Shown piece after piece: positions 14,601 through 27,806 of a DNA stretch of 64,000 bases. The notes under the pieces are model-generated. The model was not told where the DNA came from, searched no databases, and saw only the letters and a program-made list of their open reading frames with translations. The stretch is from Convolutriloba macropyga (Eukaryota): NCBI RefSeq assembly GCF_964194025.1, contig NC_134475.1, positions 15,066,001-15,130,000 on the forward strand. The letters run 5' to 3'. Positions within the stretch are counted from its first letter, which is position 1. Each line of letters begins with the position of its first letter. The position numbers and the translations under genes are program-made.

Positions 14601-16650
14601 ATTTTTGGTATTTGGAGCTAATGGACCCCCTTTCGCTTTAGCCTCCTCAATTACAGTCAAAAGCGGTTTTTATAGCCTGATAATTGTATATGATTACAAC
14701 ACTCTAAATAAATTAAATATAACTTGATGTTAACGGAGTTAATGTAAACTAATCGAAGGTAAGATAAACGTTGAGAGACAAGTTTGAGTAAAGGTAAATT
14801 TACAAATTTACCTTCACTTTTTTCAAAGTTTTCCAGTACAAAAAGGCAAATTCTTACTATCATTCTATCCTTTATTATTTGCTCTCAAACCAGAATTGTA
14901 CCAAATATATTTATGCTGCTGGTAACGCAATTTTTGCACTTCCAAGATTTCGAATTTTTGTCTGATAATTTGTATTTTTTGTCTGATAATTTGAATTTTT
15001 GTCTGATAAAATCGTGCATAGCACTTGCCTTTTTAGTATTATAGTTTGCGTTCTCCACGTGCCATCAGTTTTGCTGCGTTACTCACACATTAATATCAAA
15101 ATTATTTTTCAGTTTCATTCGTTCCAGCGTTCCCTACGTGATAGAAACTGATTTAGTTATTGACAAGGTCAGCCTCTCCTCTTTCGTTTGAGATCAATTC
15201 TTACCAATATTGCTAACCATGTTTTTAATAGCCGCACAGCGATAGCTGGGGCTATTATTGGCCTTCAATTGGTTTTTTACAATTCAAAGAATTTGAATTG
15301 TATTGGGGCGCTGTCTTTTTTTAAGATCTGTTCACACATTTTTATGATTTTTGAAGTCGAATTGGAGCAGTGATTTTGGTCACACCGAAACAGGAAATGG
15401 AATGAAAAAGCGAGTGGTTTTGCGGCGTGAAATTTTGTAGCTCAAATTTTAAAGTAGAGTGAGAAAACGGTGTTTGAACAAAAATTCGCTTTATCGGTAG
15501 TGGTTTTCAGTTCACATGCGGCAATTTCACTTTGATTTTTTAGTGTGTTTTTTTTTGTTTCTTGGATCCATTTTTTTTAAAATGGTTTCCCCAATCCATT
15601 CATAGTTCATTCTATACCTAGTTTTTTGTTTGAACCAAATTTCCATTTCTCGCTAAAGGGTTTTTGTTTTCATGCGGCATTTTTGTTTTTTTAATCTGAT
15701 TTTTTTAGAAATGTTTTTTCCAATTCACTCATAGTCAAATTAACCAAAATTTAACATATCAGCCTTAAAAAAAAGACGAATTTTTTTTGTTTGTTTTTTT
15801 TACTTTTTTTTAAGACTGCAGATCTACGAAGCTATTGCGGCTATTGTCTGGCAATCTGCCAGCTATGTTTTTCTGATGTTTTTTCAATCCCTCCTGACCG
15901 ATCTTTTTTCATTTTCCATGTTTCTTATGTCTATCGAGAGCGTTTCGAATGTTTTGTACAAACTGACTTGTGAAAAAAAAGCGTAGATATCTAACTCGAA
16001 AAGTTTGTTTTTTACTATTTAACCCGAGATACCATGAACCCATCTTTTTAGGTATAAATATTTTTAAAAAAAAACATTGTATGCTCAGCTGAATCTATTT
16101 TAACTGAGTATATTTTTTGTAAAAAAAAAATGAAGTGTTCACCTTCTGTGTAATTAAATAACTCTTTTCAGGTCGAGAGGATATCTTGGTTACTGCTCTA
16201 ACGGAAGAAACTTTTGACCGCGAAGGAATGAGTTCAAAGTCTTAATCAGTACTGGCGAGTTAAAACCTTTTTTTAAAACTTTTTCAAAAGAACTTTTTTA
16301 TTGGAGACTAATGCCCCCTTTTGTACAAACAACAACTTTACTTTAGACGAGAATTCAGAAAGGCTTATGATATGTTATAGTAAGCAGGAGGGCGTGATTT
16401 ATTTATCTGTTAGCATAACCGTGTGAGCATGGCCATTAATAAGTGTCCATTAATTCAACGCACCATTATTACTTTTACACTGTAGCATTTCGACACTCGT
16501 TATGTTTCTCAAGGCCTAATGACCTCGTCTTAATCCATTGACATCATGATAATTCGAAAAGCAGAAGTAAAATATTTATTGACTAAGAAAACAGTAATCG
16601 GGGCTATGTTTTCAAGTGATTCAAAGAGTAAATTTTCTGAATCAGTGCAG

Positions 16651-17049
16651 ATTAAGACTCGGAATTCAGGTTATAAATCTTCCGGAAAAGTTTATCTGTA
16701 TAGCGGGTTGCTTCTCAGTTCTATTTACTCAGACCCGTCGAGACAAAATGAGGAACCGAAACCTCTGCAAGAAATATCTTCGGAGCCCCTGCAAGAAAAC
16801 AGTCTGGACGGCAGTTTGTCATTGTTCGGTTTTAGCATCGGCACTTCTCGAGTTGACCTTGACCTAAACGGCTTTGCGGATTTAGTCGTGGGCGACCCGA
16901 GTGGAAACGCCCAAAATGCGCAAGTATTTTACGCTAATACGTACATACGATTTATTCACGCGGACACAATTCCGAAACGAGTTCTCTTTCAAACGTTTGG
17001 GGTTGATCCGGATTGTCCGTACAAAAATTACCAGTTTTGCCAGGAAATA
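16651..17049 (+). CDS. Integrin alpha exon (last propeller blade and start of thigh)
   Basis: Encodes GKVYLYSG...PLQEI...FGFSIGTSRVDLDLNGFADLVVGDP and a thigh C..C pair. Acceptor GTGCAG|ATT is phase 0 (alternative at 16670). Donor ATA|GTTTCC is weak. Confidence 0.85.
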
Positions 17050-19484
17050 GTTTCCTTCTAAATACTAAAATATGTCCAAAATTGGTTAAAATAAGTTATA
17101 TGCAGTCTTGTGGATCCATTTAACATGTACAATATATTTTTTTCTCGAAGCCGATTGTCCTGTTTTTGCACGTACTATTTTTCAATATTTGCAGAAGTAT
17201 TGTTAACGGGCAGAGCAAACTTCTGATATGTTGAATATTCGCTTTTTTGAAAAAATGTTTGTTTTTTAAAACAATTTTTAATCAAAACCCTCAAATCAAA
17301 CAGGTATAATTAAAAGTGATCAAAACAAATATATTGCTCATTAAAGAGCCTACGAGAGCTTTCATTAGTGAAACCGATTGACAGAACAACAAAAACTACT
17401 ACAAAACAGGCAGCTGAGCAAAATCAAAATTGAATGTAGGCAGAATCCGATATTTCACTCAGTTTTTTTTTTCAAAATAAATTCTAATCAAAATATTGGA
17501 AACAGTTTGGTATGATTGAATTCAATTTAATGTATTTAACTAATAGCCATTAGAGGGCCACTTAGACTTTTCCTTTGTGATACTAATTATAAACAATTAT
17601 AGATTGCGCCAAAGCCACAAATTTCGAAAATCAATTCCAGAAATTGCAGCGACTGAGAACTGTAATTAATTAGACAGAATGAAAAAAAGTACGAAAACAG
17701 GCAGAGTTCAAAACCACCCTCGGATTTCTCAAGAGAAGCTAAGTTATTTTAATTTTTTTTTAAAAAAAAATTGGATGTGTAAGAAAAAAACCAAATAAAT
17801 TTGATTAATAAGATTTGATAAATAAGATAATAAGTGGCAGAACAACCAATATTAAAAGAAGACAATTTTAAAATTCTTTTAAATAAGGCGCTTAATTAGA
17901 GATCCAATTAGAACTACCACTAATGATACTGAGTGGTAGAACACAAAAAAATACAATACAGGCAAAATACAATAAATCAGTAATTTTATCTTAAAAATAA
18001 TTAATTTCTTAGTTAAAAAATCTTAAGTTGTTTTTTGAAGGTCTTTAGAAGAATAAATCTCAAGCAAAGAAGATCAGAGCATAGCTTCATTACACATCTG
18101 GCTCTATTAGAAGTCGAGTTCCATGAACCTCAAGCGCCTATGAAACCATATTTCAGGACCTGCAAAAATGTTGGGGGACATGAAAGTCCGATATTGAGAC
18201 GAAGACTTTCGGAGAAAGGTAAGTGATCAAGTTAGTTTTAGGTAACTGATAGCTCAGTAGGCGTTAGTTAGTTAAGCGGATAAATTGAGGAATGTTCCCT
18301 GAAAAAGCCACCGCGGACTAAAAACAAACTGTATTCACAAGCCTTTGCCAATCCGATTCAGATCAGCGCCTGGTTGTCAATGGGACTATGTTTAAAATGG
18401 CTCCCGTGGCCATGGTTCACTAGCTTTTCACCGTGGAAATGTCACCAATGAGCAAACTTTAGTCTATTTGATTGGAAAGTCAAGAAGCCTAATTAAAATT
18501 GAGAGTAGTTGACAAATACTTCTGCTTAGTAGCAATTTTGGCGACTTGTCTAGACTCCAAATGAAGTCTTTTGTAAACCCAATCTTTTTAAAAACTCTTT
18601 TGAGTTTTTTGTTGACCCAAACCCACTTTAATGTTTTGTTAGTAGGCAGCAAAAGCGTATTTATCAGTTTTTTGTGTGCGGTAGCTTGCGATTTTTGCCA
18701 CCCTGTATAACTGAAAGGTGGTTGGTGGTAAATGGGAAAACCCTGTGGTTTCTGATTTTATCATTCATTTCCCTGCACCATTCTGCTCTTCGCATAATTG
18801 TTTTCTAGGGGGAAAATTATCTAGTAAGATATATTGAGTAAAGTGCAGACGACAACCTTAACTTTTATTCAGAGAAATATATATCACAGAGTAGTTTCAC
18901 ATCTGCGATAGCAGAGCTTCAAGATAAAATGTGGTTATACTTTTGCAGCCTGTGTAAATTAGAAGGCGTTTATTGTAGCACTATTAGACGAATTCTGATC
19001 TTTTGCTGGTTTTAGTTTCCATGCCACGAACCGTTTATGATTGTTTCGATATTTTGGAGACAACAAAAATTATATATCTTGATGCGACAGTCATATATGG
19101 TTATGATTGATTTTAATAATTATTTTCGCCTGTTCTTTTTCTCAGTTGAACAATTTTTGTATTGTTTGGGTTATGCTTATTTAATTTTTACTCATTTTTA
19201 GAACCCAAATTGAAACAGTTTTTATACATGCAATTAACCCAGTGCGAAAAAAATAAAGAATTGTTGATATTAAAATAGATTACGACTGAGGGAAAGTATG
19301 GATGTCGTATCCTGGTGGGAAGAGAGAAGATCTTGTTATGATGAGTTCCAAGTTTAAAAATTGGGAAATATCATAACTGTTTTCTTCAAATTGATAACTA
19401 TTTTCCTCGTGCTGAGTATTTCTCAAAATTATATCGTAAAACTTAAGCTAAATAAAATCAAGTAGGAAACATTTTTGAGGACAG

Positions 19485-20094
19485 AAAGTGAACTTTACCT
19501 TGGAAAATCGTGGAATCAACCGATCCGATCCGCTTTGGCCAAACAGACCTCCAAAACCAGAAAAGTGGGCGTTCAAAAACTCGTTCACAATTTACGTGCA
19601 TTTCTCCAAACAAGACGTTGACGATGAAAAGAACAAAGAAGTCCTTGTAGTTGATCCAATTTTTTCATTGTACACTTTTGGACCAGAAACGAATAGTCAA
19701 AACGCTTATTTTTTCGTTTGCGGTAATATTTCAAAGTTTTTCGGACTTAAAATGTTTATTTTTGCGCACACTGGAATGTTGCATAGGGGCGAAAAAATTG
19801 AGCTGAATAGAAATTATGAATCGGACACAGTGTTGGCTTCCCAAATATCCCAGCGCATTGACATATCAATAGGACCCTTAGCCGATGTGAACATGAAAGT
19901 GATTCCCAAATTTAAAACAGTGATTCTGGGCCAACTTGAAACGAATACTTCCATTGAAATTAGTGTTACAACAAAATCTGGCCAAAACGAAAGTTTTGTT
20001 GACGGTTTTCTGGCTGTGAACTTGGGAGAGTCGGCGATAACTTTGATCAATGCTATATCGCATCCGGTCAGTTTAGTGTCTTGCAGACAACAAA
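19485..20094 (+). CDS. Integrin alpha exon (thigh and start of calf-1)
   Basis: Long open frame in AT-rich DNA. Acceptor GACAG|AAA is phase 0. Contains ADVNM...VILG..., like the start of calf-1. Donor CAAA|GTAAGC is phase 1 and gives VSCRQQR|QIVEC, the calf-1 Cys pair. Confidence 0.75.
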
Positions 20095-22861
20095 GTAAGC
20101 AAATGGTTATTTATTAAATTCAGTCTATTGGGTCTATTAGGTTACTTAACGTAAGAAATAGGCTAAATTAAGGCCATGGGTGAACCAGTAGTGAATAACA
20201 TATAAATTCCGAGCCCCCTATCATTTCATCCCACTTTGTATAATTGGCACTATTAGCATTAAAGATTAGGGGTACCTAATGTTTGGGTAAAGAACTTCGG
20301 TATTGAGACAAAATAAAAGATTGGTAAGGTTTTGCGAAAGCGTTTTTGGGTGAAAAGTTTGCGGACTGAAATTGTGGAGGGGGGGATCTTTTCTAATCTC
20401 TCTCCCCTTTTGCAAAAGGCTGATCGATGAATAGAATTCAAGCGATCAATTTATAGATAATTCCAACAATTGCCCCCCTTTGGTACCTAGTAGAGAATCG
20501 CCCCCCTTCTGTGCTATATTTTACAACAATATTACTTGGCCTACAGTTTAGATAGCCAAATACCAGTTTACGCCCGATTGCAGATTGCTGTTCACGGCCA
20601 TGTCTCTCATGGGCTGTGGGGATGTAAAAGTCCGCCCACCGACTCGCCAATTGGAATTTTTTTTGCTTTGTTTTCCAATCCGGGGAAATTATATAGCGTA
20701 GTGCTTTTTATTTTACCCAGTTTAACATAATATGCACATTCGTGAAAAGTTATTAGTCGTCGTTGATTGGTTAATAAACCTCTCGCTTAATTTTTATTCA
20801 AGAATAGCTTCCCTTTTGCAAAAGAGGGGTAATTGTTGAAAAGATCCCTTTTGCGTTTGAAGTATGAACACAAATTAATGCCCTGTAGTTTAAAGAACTT
20901 TTCAATGCCCTGTAGAACTTTTCACCGTATACTCAAAGATATTGCCATCAAAAGTTACAAAAGTTAAAATATTTACAACAGTTCACAAATATTAGTATGG
21001 GAACTCTATCAGCAAAATTATTTTAATTTTTATATAACTTTGTTACTTCGTGCTCGTCAGTAAATTGTAGCATTCGAAACAATAAATAATTAATAAAGCG
21101 GAATAAGATAAAAACAATAACAAAGGCAAAATTAAGAAGTGTTTGAATAAATTAAGGTGTAAATTTGACGTTCACATTTGGATGTTAGTGACAAAATGCC
21201 GTCAGATTAAACCACAATTGCCAAAAATTACAAATCGTGGATAAATTTGATGAATATTTACACTTCAGAGTCAATTAAAACTAATCTTTCCTATTGTCCT
21301 TTCTGTCAACACTCGCTTATAAGCAAAATCTTAAAAAAGGATGCAGGTAATGATTACACTTTCGAGTAATTTTACTGGATTAAATTTTACGTTTAGCAAC
21401 GTAATGCAGTACGAAGAGTGGAGATCTCAAATAACCTTTATTTCCAAATGCAAACATTGCTAGTCGTTTTGATTGGTGCTGTGCAATAATAATAGTTTTT
21501 CTGCAGCCTTAACCAAAGATGAGATATGGAAAATTTTCCAGTTTCTGAATTTACTTTTGAACCCCCGATATGCTATTTTTTTGCTTTGAACCCTCGGTAA
21601 GATTTTATTTGCTTATAAAAATTTGGTTTTCCTTAAAAAATGAGTTTTTGAAAACCTTGAAAATTTATAGCTATTCAGCTGTATTTATTCACAAGTGCAA
21701 AAAATATAGAAATGTGGAATAATGAGACAAATACTTACAAATTAGAGTGAATTCGAGCTAGTTCTTTGTACTGTCGCCTCTGTCGACAAACGCCTATAAA
21801 TATAACTATAAAAGGCGGTTGCGGATTATGCTTACACTTTGGAGTAATTTTACTTGATCAAATTGTACGTTTAGCAAGGTAATGCAGTAAGAACAATGGA
21901 GAGCTCATATAATCTTATACATCATTTGAGTGACAGGTTGCCTTGAAGAAAAACAAAAAATCTATGAAACAAAATTGTACCGGAAACAACTTCAATTGTC
22001 TTTCAAGAAGTATAGGGGAATTGATGTGGACCGAAAACGTGATCACAATTATCCTGTAGTTAACATCAATATCTTGCAATTCAATTTTGGTCCCTTAGAT
22101 AACCTGCAAAAATAATCAAAAGCCTGCAATCATTTATGAATTTTTGAAATAATTGCAGCCATAATCATGCTGGAAGCCACGGAAAATCTGAACAATTTTA
22201 GTTGTGTTGCGAGTGCTTGATTAAAAGCCAAGCAGACCTAAAATCAAATCTTGATTTTAAAAACTTTTGAATTTTTTCATTATGATTTTTTTTCGGTTTT
22301 TTTTTTAAAATAGTACTGAATCTCATCAAGTAATGAAACACGGTGCTCATGTTAAAACTTTTTTTTCAGCATTTTTCTAATTGCATTTAACTGGCCCACA
22401 AGTTTGATTGAGTGCACTCTCATTCGTACCCGATTTAAAGAAATAATCTCTAAAGTTGAGTTATGTTCAGCTCTCCTTTTTACTTCTAACTGTAAACACT
22501 GCCTGTTATTTTAATTGGGGTTGCGCAACAAAATAATTTTTTCAGCTTTAACCAAAGATGAGAGATGGAAAAATTTCACAGTGTCTGGAATTGCTTTCGA
22601 ATTCCAGATCTGCAATTATTTTATTGCTTGTGAGAAAAAGTTTTTCCTTAAAAAAGAAAAGAAAAACCTTGATCAATTTCGTCTATTCAGCACTATTTTT
22701 TCACCATTGACAAAGATTAATGTTGGGTTATGGGTTTTCGCAGGCAAAACAATTGTGAAAAGAAATAGTATTACGCAGAAAAAGATTATGACTGTTAACA
22801 ACAAATTAGTTTTGTTTTAGAAAGTAGTTTTACGACTTAGAAAATTGCTGGGCCCATAACC

Positions 22862-23482
22862 TGTTGGGTTATGGGTTTTCGCAAGCGGAATAAAAGCGTT
22901 TTTAACTAAGTAGAAAAATTATTTTCTCAAAGTGAGAGAATGACAAGAATTATATTTTGCAGTAGAATTTATAGATTTACAGGAGAGATCTGATTATTAG
23001 ATCAAGATGGTGATTTGATTTTGGGGATGAGAAAAAGCTCAAAAATTAGCTCTATATATACCCATTATCAGTGCACGAAAGTCAAGATACAAAACTAATA
23101 TTAGCACCATGATTTACAGCGGGAGTCGCAAGGGTTATCCAATATGGTTTGCTTCTGCAAATTCCCCAGAAATCAGTCGCAGGGGGTAACATAGATGGTA
23201 TGCATTTACACTTTTTTAAGAAGTCGTTCACATTTCCGGTGGTATTGTAATCATTCGATACATACTAGGAAGATTTTACATCAAATAATCTCACTCTAAT
23301 ATTAGTTATATAGATTCACCAATTTGAACCAAATATTGATTCTAAGCACCATTTCTTGACGATTCATTTATATAAATTCTGTGATCAACATCAATTTGCC
23401 CTTGTCATTGTAATCTGGTAAGTTAAACTTTCTTTCTAATTCTCACTAAGTTCAAGCCTATAGTTTAATTGATATTCTAACA
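22862..23482 (-). repeat. 3' LTR of the copia element
   Basis: Copy of 27807-28427, preceded on the - strand by a degenerate PPT (GAGTGTGGG). Confidence 0.95.
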
Positions 23483-23499
23483 CCCACACTCAGACTTGA

Positions 23500-26400
23500 G
23501 TTGATTGCGTAGAGTCTGTGTACATCAAAACAGTTCTGAAAGTTTCTACCTTCGATACGGGTAAAGATTTCGTGAAGATGTCGGCTGCCATCTTGTCAGT
23601 AGGAACTTAATGAATTGAAATAGTCCTATCTTCCGTCTTGTCCCGAATAAAGTGAAATTTTGTCTCAATGTGTTTGCTCCTCTTGTGCATGACTGGGATT
23701 GGCTAAAGTTAATACAACTGTGGTTTTCCACTCAATTGCTATTGGATGTTTCTGTTGGATGCCGAAACCCTCCAGAAATTGTTTCAAATACAATGCTTCT
23801 TGAACTGCTTTTGCCTATGCCCTGATATTCTGCTTCTGATGACGAAAGAGCAACTGTGATCTGCTTCTTGACACCCCAGCTGAGTGCTGCTCCACGTCCG
23901 TTGAGCTTGAAGTAGTAGCCCGTCGTTGATTTTCTGTCGTTCACATCACTAGACCAGTCTGCATTACTTCCCCCACTAAATCATAACTAGCTTTTTTGTG
24001 AAAGTAATTTTTAAACCTTTTGAACTTTGAAGATATCGCAGAAGTCTTTTTCCGCACATCCAGTGTTGATTGGTAGGTGCATTCATGTGTCTGGACAGAA
24101 TGTTGACTGTGAATAGGATATCTGGCTTCGTCTGTTTGGCCAGATACAGAAGTGATCCAACCAAGTTTTTGTAGATCCTCTGGTCCACTTCTTGGTCTCC
24201 GTTCTTTGCTGTCTGAAGTTTCAAATTCAAATTAGCTGGAGTTCTTGAGGGTTTGTATTGATCCATTTGAAACCACTCAAGCATTGTTTCTATGGAGCGT
24301 TCTTGGTCAACTGTGACTTTGCTTCCTTCTTGTCTGATTAGTAGACCCAGAAACCTGTTCAATCTTCCTCTCTCTTCCATGTGAATTGTTGCTTCGAGAG
24401 CCTTTTTGACAGCGGAGATCACTGTCATGCTTCATGATGCCACTATGATGTCGTCAACCCAGACCAAGATGAAAGTGTGACCCTCTTTTGCTTCTCTTGC
24501 GAACAAGCAATGATCATTCCTGCTCCTGATGAACCCCTGTCTCAGTAGGAAGTTTTCCAGTTCCTTATACCAGTTGTTAGCTGCCTGTTTCAAACCATAA
24601 ATTGATTTATTCAGTCGGCATACTAACTACTAACTTTTCCCCATCTGATCCTTGTTTTACAAGCCCCTGTGGCTGTTCCAGATACACTTCTTCTTCTATT
24701 GGTGAGTGCAGGAAAGCCTTCTTGACATCAAACTGGTGCATCACATGGCTCTGCTTCGCTGAAAGTTGAAGAAGAATCCTGAATGTCTCTGGCTTACAGG
24801 TAGGCGCAAAAGTCTCAAAATAGTCCAGTCTTTCCACCTGTTTGAAGCCTTTCGCCACATAGGGTGCTTTGTATTTGTCCACTTGACCACTGGGTCCCAA
24901 TTCTGCTTTGTAGACCCCCCATCTGCCCGGTATGACATCCCTGTCTGTGGGTGGTCTCACTAGGTTCCAAGTCTCGTTGTCTTGGAGTGCCTTGACCTCG
25001 TCCTTCATTTCCCGGTGCCACTGGTCCCAATTATCACTTTGCTTGGCTTCGTAGACTGTTTTGGGTTCCACATAGTCACCCTCAGTCACAACAAGATGGG
25101 TCCTGACTTCTCCAAAAAATTGCTGAACATTCCTGGCTCGTGTCCCTCGTCTGGGCTCTGCCCTGTCCGCTTGCTCCAGTGCCTCTTCAAAGAAGCCAAC
25201 TGTCCTCCGTTTCACTGTTTTCCAGTGACTCCGAGTCTCTGAGACTCCCACTTATTGCAGTAGATTCTTCATCCAGTGCTGCTTCCTCAACATCTGAGGC
25301 ATCTCGTCTCAGTGTCGTTTATTGACTGTTAACGCTCTCTGCGTAACGCCACTCCTCCTTTATTGCAGTAGATTTGCCCTGCTCCTCTTTGCTCCCATCG
25401 TCTTGATGACCATCATCTGGATGCCAGATCCCCAGTTGCTGTGACCCCTCATCTAGTAGGTCGGGCGTCTTTGTGTTCTCTGGGATTGGGCCCACTTCGG
25501 ACTCCTTGATGATCACATCTCGAACTGCCACAACCTTGCGTGTGTTGGGTACGCACACCAGGTATATCCGTTGTCTCCTTCAGTGTAACCCACAAATTTT
25601 CCTTTTAGTGTCTTGGGTTCAAATTTGCTGACATCTCTGTCCCGCTTCCTCAGGAAGACTGTGCAACCAAAAATAGATAGCTTACTAATTGAAAGCTCAG
25701 GTTTTATACCTCGCATCAGCTCTGCAGGGCAATTTTTTTCTCCTTGTCTCACAACCAAGTTCCTGGTCCTTGTTGCATGGATAATTGCTGCTCCCCACAT
25801 CATCTTGGGAAGACCCGAGTCAATGAGCAAGCATCTTGCCATCTCCAGCAGTGTCCTGTTGTTGCACCTCTCAGCTAACCCATTCTGTTGTGGCGTCTCT
25901 GATATGGTATTCTCCTGTAGAATGCCTGCATCTAAACAGTACATCTTGAACTGCTCTTGGAGCAACTCCTTCGCATTGTCTTATCTCAGCTTCTTGGGTG
26001 TCCCCACACTAAAAACAAACTTCCTCAGGCTGGCCAGTGCTTCACTCTTTGCCTTAAGCAAGTCCACAAACACAAACTTCATGTTCTGGTCTGCAAACAC
26101 AAGACAGAACCGGAACCCTGACAGTGACTCTACTCTGAAAGCTCCCATCACGTCTGTGAATACTCTCTCCGGCTTCTCTTCTGCTTGGGTCTTTGCCACT
26201 CTTGGTAATGGAGTCTTTGTGATCATGCCAATGCGCACACATTACATACATCATCGAGTTCCCCCGCTGTCTTTGGTGCATTCCTGACCACATCCGCTTG
26301 ATTCAATTGACCCAATCGTCTGTGCCACTCCCTTGCACTGTCAAGTTTCACGCTGTTGGAACTCATCTTGAATTCTAAAACGCTGCAGCGTAAGTAAAAC

Positions 26401-27674
26401 AAATTAATTTCTTGTGTTAATTATACCCGAGTTCCCTTCTGTATTTTCATGCAGCTATTTCTTTTTTCGAAAGTGGAGCTATGTCCCCACTCCGTGCATC
26501 TTGAGACTGATAAGATGTTTGAAGAATAGTCGGGCACACACGAAATATTTTTGAGTTCGCATTGGAATTCATTTTTGTTTGAGGGTATGCTGATCCTCAC
26601 ACAGCCTCTGCCCACCACTCTGGAAGCCTCTCGGTTGGGATTTCTGACCTTTTATTTAATGGGCACAAACTCCAGGCACGCATCGTTGCTCGTCACTATA
26701 AGATCTGTACAACCACTGTCCACCAGCATGCATGCTGTCTTCCACTGGGTAAGAGCTGCCCAGTATTCCTCGTCTGGTGAAGCCAATGATTGACCCATTG
26801 CCACTGACTCATGTTTGCCTCCATCTTTTTGTCTCCTGCATGCCCTGTCTGGTTGACTTTTCTCCCCACACTTGCTGCATTGTGCTGTCTCCTACTTCCT
26901 GCAGTCCTGGGCAAAGTGTCCGGGATCTCACACACAAAGCAGTTTTCTTTCTTGGGTCCTTTCTTGAAGTCACGCTTCACTGCCAGTGCCACTGAACCCC
27001 TTTGTCTCTTGTGTCTCTTGGCTGTGCTCCCATGGGAGGTCTGCAGCGTTTTCCTCAAATCTGTGAAGTTCGTTGCCGAGTTAAAACTTTCCTGTATAAA
27101 AAAGACTTTCGTACCTCATTCGCAGACCGTTGAGTACCAAGGCGTTGAAGAGGGTCTCTGAGACTGCTTCTCCTGCTTCTTGTAGCCTTGTGAGCAACTC
27201 CTGTCCTCTGATGAAGAAGCTATCTAAATCCTCAGCATTCTCAAGCTTCAGTCGAGCAAGCTGTGCCACCAAATTCACCACTGTCGGCGTCTCCACACTC
27301 TGAAATCTCTCTTGCAAAAGCTTCCATGCCTTTGCTCCATCTCCGATACCGTCATTTCCCACCCAGTCTTGTCTCATCAGCATGAGGGGTGTTGCATCTA
27401 GAGTCAGTGCCAGATGGCACCACACATTGTTCCGTTTCTCCTTGATATCTGCAACTTATTTCTCATATGCATCCTTCAGCACCTCGTGGTTCTTCTTTTC
27501 ATCACTGCTCGCCTCATTGGCTAGTGGTGCAGGCTCATTGGGTTGCTCCTCTGTTGCAAGTAGTGATTTGTAGAGTCCCTTTGTCTGCATCATTGCCACA
27601 AATCTTGTGCTCCAGATTGGAAAGTCCTGTGCCTTTCCTGTGTAGGTTAGCAGCTTCACTGTCTGTTGATCCAT
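23500..27674 (-). pseudogene. Disrupted copia gag-pol
   Basis: ORF fragments: gag (GDGAKAWKLL), two decayed Zn knuckles, protease LVDSGCTD, integrase (ETPQQNGLAER), RT (HQFDVK, WVDDII) and RNase H (DRKSTTGYYF, VALSSSEAEY). Confidence 0.93.
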
Positions 27675-27792
27675 CGTAGTTTGAGCAGGCAAAACAGTAG
27701 TGAAAAGAAAAGGTACTACGCAGAAAAAGATTATGACTGTTAACAACAAATTAATTTTTTTTTAGAAAGTAGTTTTACGACTTCGAAAACTG

Positions 27793-27806
27793 CTGGGCCC
27801 ATAACC
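27793..27806 (-). promoter_or_regulatory. Primer-binding site (copia-type, tRNA-iMet half-molecule)
   Basis: GGTTATGGGCCCAG directly abuts the 5' LTR, the same motif as the Drosophila copia PBS. A second copy lies at 22848-22861. Confidence 0.9.

Noticed and set aside
19723-19786. Possible small GT-AG intron within the thigh exon
   Set aside because: Removing 64 nt shifts the frame to a nearby stop, while the unspliced frame stays open.
20067-20072. Alternative donor GTCAGT
   Set aside because: It would drop the first Cys of the calf-1 pair; GTAAGC at 20095 fits the strong phase-1 acceptor at 29636.
25613-27161. Plus-strand ORFs (224 aa, 116 aa)
   Set aside because: Antisense shadows of copia gag-pol with no independent motifs.
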